A stretch of 64,000 nt of DNA from Lingula anatina (Eukaryota > Animalia > Brachiopoda): NCBI GenBank assembly GCA_051362555.1, contig CM120641.1:32556401-32620400 (forward strand). Direction: 5' to 3'. How positions within the stretch are numbered: the stretch's first letter is position 1; every line of letters starts with the position of its first letter. A program made the translations under genes and the position numbers. The notes under the pieces are model-generated. The model saw only the letters and a list, made by a program, of their open reading frames with translations, was not told the DNA's origin and made no database searches. Below, piece after piece: positions 12,201-24,119 of the stretch.

Positions 12201-14601
12201 TCGAGGGGATTCTCGCTGAATTGCATTCGGTTTCAGCGGCTTTTAAAAATGTCTGTCAAGCCCACTGAAGCTGCTAGGGGGTAATTACCTTTCGTGCACG
12301 CCTAAACTGAACGCAATTTAGCGAGAATCCCCTTGGAGATAGATCGATCCTGATACTACGATAGGGTTATGGGAATGGTTCCTAAGTTAACTAATCCAAG
12401 CTGCACTCTGGGGAGTCATTCCAGATAAAAGTGAACGATTTGTTATTACTAATCCGAACCCCATACAGGCTTTGAAGTAAAACCTTCACAAAAGCAGGGC
12501 ACTTCGGGCTCTCATCTATTTCTGCAAATTCGCGACAATTTGTGACAAAGTTGCAGAAATGTCTTGCAAATTAGCAGGAAATTTTTAGCAAATTTACAAG
12601 AACTTTTTGCAAGTAAGCAGCAAATTTGTAGCAAATTTGTAGCGCATTTGCGAGAGAGTTTGCAGCAGGCCTGATAATTTGCTAAGGGGTCCCATTTATT
12701 CTGGGTTCATAAGGGGACCTATTTTTCTGTAGTTCATTTGCCATTTAACTGTGTTTCACTTTACCATGTTGATTTTTGTCTTAGGGGGCTACTACACCGT
12801 TAGTATAAGACAAGGGTTGGTGGCCGTTGTGTTGAACACAAACTTATATTATGGCAGCAACAAAGTGACTGCTGACATCAGTGATCACGCAGGACAACTT
12901 CAGTGGTTTGATAAGGTCTTAGGACAGGCTGCTCAAAATGGCAATAAGGTAAACTAAAAAGAAATACATTTGATATTATATTGAATATTTCAGTTTCAAA
13001 TGTATGTCTTGGTAAAATTTATCGTTTAAAAAACATATCCCATGTGAGATATGTGGATAGGGGAATGTGTAGGTAGTATGGTCAGCACCAAGTGACCGAG
13101 CTTGTCTGTGGCACTCCTGCAGCACAAAATAAGCTTTAATGGGATAGTATTCTTTGGATTGGTCCTTGTGTGACTGTGGGCCTTAACGAAGCGTGTCGCT
13201 TCTGGAGTGACTGGACGATGAGGGCATCTTTATTTGGGACAAAATAAACGTTGGTGCCAGCCATGTGTTTTCGTTTGCTACATTGATTAATTCAATTTAG
13301 GTACTGATGTCACAATGGCACTAAATAAATTATTCAAAATTATTAAAACTATCTTTTCCTTAATCGGCTAGAAGAATGGGGAAGTCGAAGAAAAATCGTT
13401 TGTAGAAAATATCTAATTAAATGTAAAGTCGGCATACAGGAAATTTATAATTTAACAGTCAATCTCGATTTACAGTGTTCTTAAGGCAATCCCTTTCTGG
13501 AACAAGGAAGGAAGGAATGTCTTGACCTGATACGTTCTTAAAATCATTTTCTTTGAAAAGTAAACCCACATTTTTTAAATAATTGTCAATTACAAATTTT
13601 CACACCTTGTATTTGCAATATTTTTACTCGGTTCCTTTCTTCGTTTTGACTAGGCCTATGTGATTGCACATATTTCAACTGGTATGCAGGAAAAAAGAGT
13701 TTTAATGATGAGACCACATTTTAACAAGAGATTGAATGAGCTCATCATCAAATACAAGAATACAATAGCAGCCATGTTTTACGGTCATCAGCACACTGAC
13801 ACGTTCAAGCTTTGGTACGATCAGGGTACGTATACCACAATCCATTAAGCCTCGGTTTATAGGTACAGGGGTAGTGTAAAATTACTGTAAAATTCGCAGG
13901 TTTAAAAACCAGCCGCAAAGATGGTTTTTCCTTTAGCTTTTGCAGCAATGGACTGATGACCAATGTCTTGTGTAAGATCAAGCTTAAGTAAACAATGCGG
14001 CAAATTAAGAATAGGATTTATCGAAACGTTTAGCAATTTAGTATTTATGAAAAACAAGAAAATGCTTTATAACCAACAGTTCTTTTCATAAGGTGAACCA
14101 GTAGCGTTTGGACTGATAGCACCACCCATAACACCAACCCACAACCCAGGAATCCGGCTCTTACGATATGATAGACTGACTTTCCAACTAACAGACATTT
14201 GGCAGTATTACCTGGAATTGCCTGATGCAAATAGCAAGTCCAAGGCTCAGTGGAAACTAGAATACAAATTCAGTGAGGCATATGGCGTTCACGAAATTTC
14301 CTCCACCTCACTGGCGCAGTTGGTGTCCAATTTGGAGAAGAAGACCGATGTTTTCATGAAGTATTTCCGTTATAACATAGTCAGTGCTGAAGGCGAAAGT
14401 GTTCCTACATCCTGTGACACCAATTGTCAGAGACTTTATATCTGTTCTATTAAAGAAGTAGACGTTGATGGATATAATAAATGTGTTAAACCTGTGACCA
14501 GTAATGGCTTCAGGCATCGGGGAAATGTTCCCTGGAGTTTTTATTTTCTTTTTACTACGATAATTGTCTCCGGGAGCATCGGTAAAAATCAATTTTTGTA
14601 G
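8887..14601 (+). CDS. SMPDL3B: SMPDL3B-like phosphodiesterase, paralog 2 (449 aa), signal peptide and probable GPI tail
   Basis: Exons 8887-8947 (MYVISMLVLMVPVQHVTGDI), 10041-10239, 10929-11173, 12785-12948, 13654-13825, 14093-14601; 1350 nt, in frame. Motifs DFH, TGD, GNHD, AHI and GHQH are intact. No saposin domain, so SMPDL3 rather than SMPD1. Confidence 0.92.
9227..9264. repeat. (CA)n microsatellite
   Basis: Directly visible AC run. Confidence 0.9.
11546..11930. mobile_element. CACTG-type MITE
   Basis: CACTGAAAATAAAATCGGAGTC ... GACTCCAGTTTTATTCTCAGTG, with TT on both flanks (2-bp TSD) and internal (tt)gactcc repeats. Confidence 0.75.
12154..12382. mobile_element. Palindromic MITE family (PIF/Harbinger-like), copy 1
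   Basis: agactgggttccc ... gggaatggttcc ends, TAA-like flanks, internal inverted arms (ggggattctcgct/agcgagaatcccc). Related copies at 34181, 54221 and 54448. Confidence 0.65.
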
Positions 14602-14956
14602 TTGTCCCGGAAATGATAGTTATAAGGTTTGCCTTCCTTTTAAGATAATATGAAATAGTCTTTGAAATGTAATTGTTTACGAAAATAACGAATGGCAAAT
14701 TATAAACACATGCAACTTTATTATATTTATGAATCCATTATTATTATTATTTCATTATAGTTTATTCATAACAAAAAATATATTTCAGGGCCCAGCAACA
14801 ACTGTACGTATGAGGCCAATATGGATTCATTTCAAACAGACATTAATGTTCATTATTTAGAAATAAAACGACATTAGATTTATTTTTGTTATGCCAAATG
14901 CTTTACGCATGTAACAGGGCAGCAGGATGCAAGTCAATGTATTAAAAGGTACAGTA

Positions 14957-17344
14957 CATATGAACCGAGCATCGGCGGAGCGTGGATTCCCAGTAACACA
15001 TACATGTATAAACCATTTCTACAAGTTTCTTATACGACTCAAATAAAGTCGACATGCCAAGGGATAAACTGAATAAATCACTCGTTCATCCATAAAAGTG
15101 CTTTAGACTGCTATTTTTTTAAATTGGTGGTCGGAAATTTAACCTACTTATGTGACCTACTTTTCTACCCCATGTATATAAAGCATAGAAAGCTAGCAGA
15201 AAAATCCGTTTTGTGGGTAATATTAAACAATGTATTTGAATAATTCTCTTAGTTATACCATTAGAAACTATATGCTGGCCTTTGGTTGGTTTTTTGGCAA
15301 AAAATTGACTTCAAATGTACATGTATCTTTAAATGTATTTGTTTCAAATAGTTAATATTAACGTACATGTATTTGCAATTAAAAATGTTTGAGCCCTCCG
15401 AGTTGAAGGTAAAGTGCAACCCATTTATGTGGAACTGCAGCTACATGCATACATGCACATGCACTGCCTTGCCTCTTTCAGCGCCCGAGCGAAAAGGAAG
15501 GGGTAAGCCACATTTACAACCAACGGGAGCCGGGTGCATTTTTTGGTAGGGGGTGGATAAAAAATTTCCCATTTCCATCGACATGTTTTCATGTCAAAAC
15601 AGAAAGGTTTCTGGGAATCTAAGGAGGGGAATACGCATCTTTCTGATCCACCTTTGTGCATCTGCCAGTATATGCAGACCACTGCTAACGAGAAAGAACT
15701 ATGTAAAAATCACTCTTGAACAAGTGACCGCCGACATTCTTTAAAAAACAAGAATATACATTAGCAAACATTACAAATCGATGGTTAACTAGAAAATCAG
15801 AGAGGCAAAACCGCCTCCGGATATTGTACCACCAGCTGGAGTAAACGCATTCGTATGGAAAACCAAAGAGGAACACCATCACCAGTGTTGTGCTTGACAA
15901 GTTCTACACAATGCAATAAAGAAGAGTTCTCAAAAGCAGCAAAAAAATGGTCCGAACAAGCTGCAAGAAAATTTGCAAAGTTCAATTCATAATGAAAAGT
16001 GGGTCAAATATCAAATTCAAGGTAACAGTAAGATTGCAAATACATGACTTCCTGTTCAAGCTCAGTAGTAACTATGGGCCTAACTCTACCAGTTAGGAGA
16101 TATAAGGGACTAAAGTGGGTGTATCTTTGCTAATTTTGGAGTTGCAGTAATGTCCCATGAATTTCGTACACAAGAAATTAATTGAAATAAAGAAAAGATC
16201 GTTTTGATCAAAATTGATGAAATGGGAGGTGCTCAGAAATTCCATGAAATTCTGTCATTTTTGACTGGAAGTTGGCTGCCCTCGCTAAGCCTTATGTTAT
16301 CTTTTCCAGATGTTCGAAACTTAATGGCAAATTTCCGTATTTCACATTTTATTTTCACCACCAAATTGTACTTTTTGACATAATGCAACTCATAAACCGT
16401 AAACAAAAAACGGACACCATTTTCGGTGTTGTGCTTGACATGCTGTATAAAATGAAAAAAAAAATAAAAATAATAAATAAATAAATAATAAAAAAAACAA
16501 GAGGTCTCTACCATTATCCGTTCCAGAATTAGAGTTTTCAGTTTCGGCATCTAATGCTTCTCCTGTAAAAATGCACTAATTGACCCCAAACTCGCAACGA
16601 TGAAAGGTGACCCTAAGGGTAACACATGCCCATAATGTTATAGGTTAGGTCTGTGTAGTTTCTAAACTCGGCAGAAAAAATTTTACGTCAAAGGTCAATT
16701 TCAAGGTCACAGTTATAGCCAGTAGCCTATATGACTTTCTTTTCAAGTTCAATAGTAAGGTGTATCTCTGCCAATTCTTGAGATATAATTGATGAAAATT
16801 TTGCTTGTTTACAATGCATTTATTTTGGAATATAGATCTCATACGAAGAGTTGTTATCCCTTTAATTGTCCTTCATTGCGCATGGCTTATCTCTACTTTC
16901 ATCACTTTTCTCCGATACGTGAATTTTAAGGATAAGATCTTGCCTAGAAACATAACTAACATGATACCATAACTAACATGATAAACTAGTGGTGAAGATA
17001 TCAACATTTAATACCATTTGTTCACATTTATTACATGTACCCCCTCAAATCCGACGTTTTACTGTGATTTTCACAGTGGTAATGAAATGTCCATTAAATT
17101 GAAAAGATACCACCAAATGTCACCAGACACGTTATCTTTAACGAGCACGTCCTAACGCTAGATGTGTGTAAATTTGGTGACATTTGGTGGTGTCTTTTCA
17201 ATTTAATGGGCATTTCTTTACCTCTGTGGAAATGACAGTGGAACAGCGGTTTTGATGACTTTATTTGAGTCATTTAAGAAACTAGTAGGAGTGGTTTATA
17301 TGGGTTACTGGGAATCCACGCTCTACTAATGCTCGGTTCATATG
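14957..17344. mobile_element. Non-autonomous DNA element with about 90-bp TIRs, carrying nested insertions
   Basis: 14957-15050 (catatgaaccgagcat..gagcgtggattcccagtaac..gactcaaataaagtc) matches the reverse complement of 17257-17344. Internal diverged direct repeats at about 15860/16395 and about 16010/16690. Confidence 0.65.
16970..17255. mobile_element. Internally deleted copy of the Tc1-derived fold-back element at 1-1306
   Basis: Shares gataccataactaacatgat, ttcacatttattacatgtaccccctcaaatccga and ctttaacgagcac..tgtgtgtaaatttggt.acatttggtggtgtc with the 1-1306 element. Confidence 0.7.
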
Positions 17345-17727
17345 CATCTTTGACCTCGTGTCTACGCATATTTCATATTTCATATAATATGCATCTGTAT
17401 ATCAGCTTTTATGCCTCACGTAAGTGCCACATAATATGCAGGTCATATTTTCAACTAATGCAATTGGTGCTTACATTCGGAAACAGTGGTACAGCCATGC
17501 AGCATACTCGATCAAATATTTGAAAGGTGATTATTTTGGGGGATATTTGGAGTCGAGGGAATGTACATGTATTCATTTGTTACCATTGTGGTTTTTTCGT
17601 GGATTTGACCACATTTTTTGGAGGGAATGTAGGGAATATACAAGTTCCTTTCGACTGTGTTGCAAACATTCTATTGTAACATCCAAAAAGGTATAATTAT
17701 GAAATGATATGATATTATGATGACATT

Positions 17728-18198
17728 CAGGGCCGTAGCCTGAGCAAAATGCCAGGGGGGCAGTAAGCGGAAACAAGGGGGCGAAGCCCCCGAGGGGGGA
17801 GGGTGTGGGAGGGGGTGTCCCCCTCCCATGGTGTGGAAAAAAAATTTAAACTGTATGTATAATACTGCATTCTGGTGCATTTTAACTGTTATTTATTGCT
17901 CAATCAGAAGTCAGAAATTGTGGGTTCATTTTGCCATAAGTACAGTCATTTTTTCAACACAACATGCCAACTGGACTTTTCGGCATGAACTGAGTTGGCT
18001 AAAACAGTACACCTTTGTAAACAGATTGTTGAATGATTGTCTAGTGCCCATGACTGTATTTTCTCACAGAATTGATACCAACTTTGCAATTATTTATTTT
18101 TTTTACCTTTGCGATTATTTATTATTATTATTTTTTTTTGCACCTCAAATCCCAGGGGGGCAGCTGCCCCCCCTGCCCCCCCGGAGGCTACGGCCCTG
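17728..18198. mobile_element. hAT-like MITE with 5-bp TSD
   Basis: TIR CAGGGCCGTAGCC / GGCTACGGCCCTG, with ACATT directly repeated on both flanks. Confidence 0.8.
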
Positions 18199-18257
18199 AC
18201 ATTTATGATAAATGATAAAATTTACACAGGATTCAGATTGGCATTAGTTGGATTATA

Positions 18258-19107
18258 CAGGGTGTCTCAAAATAGACGAACCCATTCATATGGTAATAAT
18301 TTAGTACTGAGACAAGTAACTGAGACAAGATAACATTCTTTGAAGCTGATATAATAACAATTTAAAAAACATTGATTTGCTGTCTCTAGCTCAAAGAGTA
18401 CACTTTGTACAGCATGTGTTCGAAATGTCGACAAAACAAGATCAAAGAGAAACCTGGCTTTACTGCTGATGTTTGCTTCAACGACGAAGCACACTTCTGG
18501 CTCTGTGGCCATGTCAACAGCAAGAACTATGCCCGATGGGGCACAGAGGCCCCGTCGAGGTGCTACAGGAGCTCTTGCACTGTGTGAAATGCACGGCCTG
18601 GGTGACCATTTCAAAACGTAAAATATTTGGACCATTTTGGTTTGAGAACGCAGACGAGAAGGCAATCACTGTCACATTCTGGTGGGAACAAGTCGTGAAT
18701 CGGGATGCACATTGCTTCCAACGAGATGGGGGCCTCCGAATTCACCCGATCTGAACCCCCAGATTTTTTATTGCTGGGGATTCTTGAAGGACAACGTGTA
18801 TGATAACAATCTACAATCTCATTGATGAACAAGTGGCCATCAACCAGAAGATGCGTGCCAGAAGATGCGAAAGAAGAGTGTGTCAGGGTGATTGACAGCT
18901 TTGCTTCGTCGCATTCAAGTGCGTCATCAGCGCATTGGTGGCCATTTGCAACAGGGGCTGTAAAAATGCATCCCTTAGGCTAAAGACAACAAATCAATGT
19001 TTTTAATTTGTTATTATGTCAGCTTCCGGGACATGTAATCCCAGTCACATGTCTCAGTAATATAACATTATCGTATTTATAGGTTTCATTTATATTGAGA
19101 AACCCTG
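18258..19107 (+). mobile_element. Degenerate Tc1/mariner transposon with transposase remnant
   Basis: TA-CAGGGTGTCTCAA ... TTGAGAAACCCTG-TA. Frameshifted motifs FNDEAHFWLCGHVNSKNYARWG, IFGPFWFE, FQRDG and PNSPDLNPPDF. Confidence 0.85.
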
Positions 19108-19158
19108 TATTATGTGAATTATTTCCAGGTGCAGAACTGGATCAAGCTTCAGTTTAAA

Positions 19159-20565
19159 ATGGCATCCCGTATCTATACAGTATTCATGCTGGTTGGTCTG
19201 GTGTCAGTACCACAGGTTATTGGAGGCATTGGTAAGCGTATTATATAAAACAAAATGTTTTACTTTCATGGAAATAAAAATGCATTCTTCTATCTACAAG
19301 TACTGGAATCATTTAAATTGGTGATATCGTATGTTGACCCTGTAAATTGATTAGTCCCTCTAGATTTTAGCTATACGCCATCCATATTCAATCTATACGT
19401 GTGACGATTAATGAAAGTTTGGAAGTTTTTTAAACCATTAAACTTTGGACCTATTATACTGGCACATGTACACATTACATGTGGAATGTTGGTTATTAAT
19501 AGTCATGAACTGAAGAGAGTAGAGTTGACGACAACGAATTCAAGCTCTCTTACCTCTGTAGTTGCATTCTTTTGAAGTAATGTGAGGGCAATATGACAAT
19601 AGAATTTGTTTGAGAACAAATTGAGAAATTCTGAAGGCCAATGTGGTTCTAACAAGTCTAGTATAATCTGTATTGATAAACGTTCAAAGTATGGAGTCAC
19701 TTCTGCTTACTCTGAATACGTTAGTATAACTTATTTTTACATGCAGTCTGTGGTCGTCAGTGCATTATATGTTACCCGTATTACATAAACAATTAACTCA
19801 TTTGGCTAATAAAATGTAACATGACACCATTTTTACTTCCCATTTTATTTTGCGGGTACCACATTGTTGAAATGACATTGTTGAATTGTAGCCGACAATT
19901 ATGTCTATACCGGTAGTAGTTTTAAATAAAGCATTTAATAATAATTAAAAATAATTACTGTTCACGGAGGATTTGTAATTGTTAAGCCCGTACTTCTATG
20001 TGCATTAAAGTCAGCCTGCATATTTTGATTTTTTTTTTTTTTGTCGTCTTGACAGGCTTCTTCTGGCACGTGGCTGACCTCCACTATGACCCCACTGTAT
20101 TCACAGACACTCAGCAGAAGCCGTATGGTGACTATGTCAATGACTCCCCCTGGTCTCTTGTCAACAGCTCTTTACACGCCATGAAGCAGATTGAACCTAA
20201 CGCAGACTTTATACTCTGGACAGGGTACTGTTTTCTTGTTTAATCTTACAACCAAAGCTGAATTATAACCAAAATGTCACGTTGTGATCTTTCTATCTGG
20301 TTAATTATAAAATTACCTACTTACGCACTTTTCGCTTAAGATTTTCGGAATTTTTAGTTTTCTTGGCAAACCTATAGGGGTATATCTTTGAATAAATCAG
20401 ATCCGTGTTACTTTGGTGCTGTGAACGAATGGTCTTTGTCCCATTTTACCAGCGACTCTAAGTCAAACTTCACAACATCAAGCGGTATTTCAGTAATTAA
20501 AAAAGTTAAAGAGAATGACAATATTCTTTTTATTGTACTTTTTCAGTTATCATAAGGATAATAGA

Positions 20566-20602
<37 letters not shown>

Positions 20603-22563
20603 GAGATACAGGACCTCACAGAAAGAACAGCGTTGAAAATACCATCAGCATCATTCACGATGTGACTAATCTATTTATTGATGTATTTCCGAATACGGTG
20701 GTATATGCGGCCTTCGGTAACCATGACTACTCCCCGCCAGACCAATTCCCGCCTCATGAAAATAAAATTTACTACGCAGCAGCAAACATGTGGCAACGAT
20801 GGTACCGCGATTCCACGGCCAAGAAAACACTATTGAAAGGTTAATGCATCTATATATTACGCCGGGCCATTGAATCATTGACACAAAAAATCTTTTTGCC
20901 GTGAACCGACTAAATTTTGTTTAATAATGACTATTCTTTAAATATTCTTATTTTCATATTTTATGGACACTGTATTCAGATCCCCACTGTCCTGGTTTAT
21001 GTAATGATTAGAGACCACGTGTAATTGATAACCAATATCTAATGTAAGCAGTATGCAGATGGGCCGATTTCTGTCATTAATTGGTGAAAAACAGATTATT
21101 ACGTACACCTGATTGCGGGTTTTCCTAACCCAGTCTGGAGACGGAAAATTCAGTTAACTCAAGATGGTATCTCAAAATTCCGCGTGGGGACCTCGAAATA
21201 TAGAGTTAGTAACTCAGAATGTCAACTTAATGTCTCAAAATTTCTGAACATTCGAAAGGATATTGCTCCCACTTTAATTTTAATTTGAAATTTTTTTGGA
21301 TATCAACTTCAGTCAAAATTTCGAGTTATTTTTTAAAATATTAAAAAATTCAATAGAAAGTTAATGGTAATTTACTTTTCCATGTTGAATTTCGTCACAG
21401 GAGGCTACTACGCCATTAGTATCAGAGAAGGGTTGGTGATCGTTGTGTTGAACACAAACTTGTACTATAACAACAACCAAGTGACTGCTGACATGAGCGA
21501 TCCTGCAGGGCAATTTCAGTGGTTTGATCAGGTCTTAGAACAAGCAGCTGAAAATGGTAATAAGGTAAAAGAAATAAAGATCTACACGGAATTTTATAAT
21601 GTAGGGCAATTTAATCTTAGATACGCGTTTTCTAAAGGCTGGATCGTGCTTGGTCTTTGTTAATTAATCAATTTTGACATGTATGAATATGTTATATGAC
21701 AGGAATAACTATAATTACCCAAAGCCTTAAATCCATTCTTATTTACGCTAATTATGTCCGTGATATTTGACTAGGCCTACGTGATTGCACATATTCCACC
21801 GGGTATGTCTGAGGAAGGCCATTCAATTCTGAGACGACAATTCAACCAGAGATTGAATGACCTTATCATTAAACACAAGAATACCATAGCAGCCATGTTT
21901 TACGGTCATCAACATACTGATACATTCAAACTTTGGTACGCTCAGGGTACGTATGGCATGAACAAATTGTGGAAGCTATAGTATTCAGTAACTAATTGCA
22001 CTAGTAGTAATAAATCTTTCAGAACAGAAAAACGGTTTACTGTATGTTTACTCTAATTTATGTACCATAATATATATGCTAAAATTTTTATTTCTAAATA
22101 AAGAGCTTTTTAACACTTTTTAACAGGTGAACCAGTGGCATTTGCACTGATAGCACCCTCCGTGACACCATGGAGTTCTCATATTCCCCCAGTTTACTTA
22201 AAGCAGCCTGTTCACAACCCCACCATCCGGCTCTTGCAATACGATAGACAGAGCTTCCAGGTCAAAGACTATTGGCATCATTACCTGGAATTGTCAGAAG
22301 CCAATAAGAAGGGCAAAGCACATTGGAAAAAAGGATACAAGTTTAGCGAGGCATATGGAACTGAGGACGTTTCGTCTATCTCATTGGCCCACGTGGTGTC
22401 AAATTTTGAGAAGAGGACCGATGTCTTCATGAAATATTTGCGTTATAACATCAACAGTGCTAAAGGCAAAACAATTAAGACATCTTGTGACGCCAAATGC
22501 AAACGCCGTTATATTTGTTCTATCAAAGAAGTGGATGCAGAAAGATTTAAAAAATGTATTTAA
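19159..22563 (+). CDS. SMPDL3B: SMPDL3-like phosphodiesterase, paralog 3 (416 aa), signal peptide, no GPI tail (probably secreted)
   Basis: Exons 19159-19231 (MASRIYTVFMLVGLVSVPQVIGGI), 20056-20224, 20604-20839, 21401-21564, 21775-21946, 22127-22563; 1251 nt, in frame. Motifs DLH, TGD, GNHD, AHIPPG, GHQH and PSVTPW are intact. An upstream acceptor at 19128 implies a 5'UTR intron. Confidence 0.9.
20566..20601. repeat. (TAT)n microsatellite abutting a splice acceptor
   Basis: About 12 TAT units end immediately before the AG (20602-20603) of paralog 3 exon 3. Confidence 0.85.
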
Positions 22564-24119
22564 CCCGTAAGCTGTGACGGTTATATAGTCATGTTTTTCT
22601 CCTGCAGTTTTTGTTATGTAGAGAACCGTCTTTTGGTGGGCCAACAGAAACTAATTGTGGTAACTGCCCAGGAATAATAGTCATAAACTTAACAGTATAA
22701 GTTAACGGACTATAGAACTGCACCTACATGTAATGGTTATATTATACTATTGCGTTACAGTACATTTAACTACATTAATAACTTACATACAAAATTATTT
22801 TGTGGGTTAATGGGTTTTATAAAACTTTTTGCTGGTGTATGAAAGAAAACGTGCATTTTTTCTGACATTAGATGTGACTTGCAAACAATTACCACAATGT
22901 GTGCCCTGCATTTTGGATCTTCACTAACACATTGTTGTCATACGTTATCGGCAGTTGCTTTTCATTTCACGCCTTTTGTACGGACAGGTCAGTGCGCTGA
23001 TTCTTCGGAGATCTGAATGCACCGTTGACCGGATCACAGCCTCGTCTAAGGAAAGGAAGGGGACCCTAGGAGTTGCTGTGTATCTTTATGTGAAAGAATT
23101 GGTGACAAAAAGAGGGAAAGGTATCAAAGAGAGTTCAAGAAAAAACACCGTGTGTGTCGTGTGTGTGTTTGTGTGTGTGGGGGGGGGGGGGGGGTCACCC
23201 AGAAAAAAATTAATAATTCCAAAAGTAGGATATCAGGTGCCTAGGATCTCGACCAGCGGCGTATTATTGTAAGCTTGAAAAGTATCTTAATCTGAAACAA
23301 GAGACCCCGTTTACTCTCTTTCCCCTTTGAACCTTCTTTGTAAGTTTTTGAGTACTATCCATACCTCTATAGGGGGCCTTATTACAGCAAAGCTCTCATA
23401 ACAATTTCATCATTGTTAGACATTAATTTAAATGTGCTTTGTTGTAACATATTGTTACATTAAGTTATTTTTTTTAAAGATGCGTTTTTAATAAAAGGGA
23501 TCGTCAACTTGCATGGTGCTGGTCTTTGTTCTCAGTTTCCATATACTGTCTAAATGAGACAAAAAAAAACAAATCAACCACATTTGCTGAACTACGTTAT
23601 TCATCCTTATTATACATTGCTTCAATAATACAATATATTATCCCTACACGCGTATCTCTCCGCCTGCGGGTGAGCGCGTGAGGTCTGCCATTTAACAGTA
23701 TAAGTTTAAAAGAAGTCAGGCTGATTGGACGTAATATTATTATTACCGACAATTGAAATATAATTTATACCATTATGTCTTATTATTGCATTGTGCCACC
23801 AACAATGTGTTGCGTGAAAATGCGCAACCTTTGCTAAGAAAAACGTCTTACTGCAGGGCTCTGTGGCTAGCGTCGTAAAGGAGTTTACTAATGCGAAACT
23901 TGTCATGCTGACCGTCATTTATCAGCTAACGTGTATTAACTAAACCCTAGTGGAAAATTTGTAACACATAACCGAACTATTTCGTGCTGTGAAATCGTTC
24001 TTCAGAGCCCTTAATTGTGGCACAGCTTTCTCACCCAGGTAGACGTTCTTTCCTGTCCCTTTTCATTCCTGTAGTTGCCTTAATGTTATTGTAGTGTGTG
24101 CATTGACACGCAGAGGGCG

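Noticed and set aside
19159-22563. Paralog 3 as a pseudogene because of the early stop
   Set aside because: All indels are in frame, splice sites and metal ligands are intact, and the stop falls after the last conserved Cys, removing only the tail.
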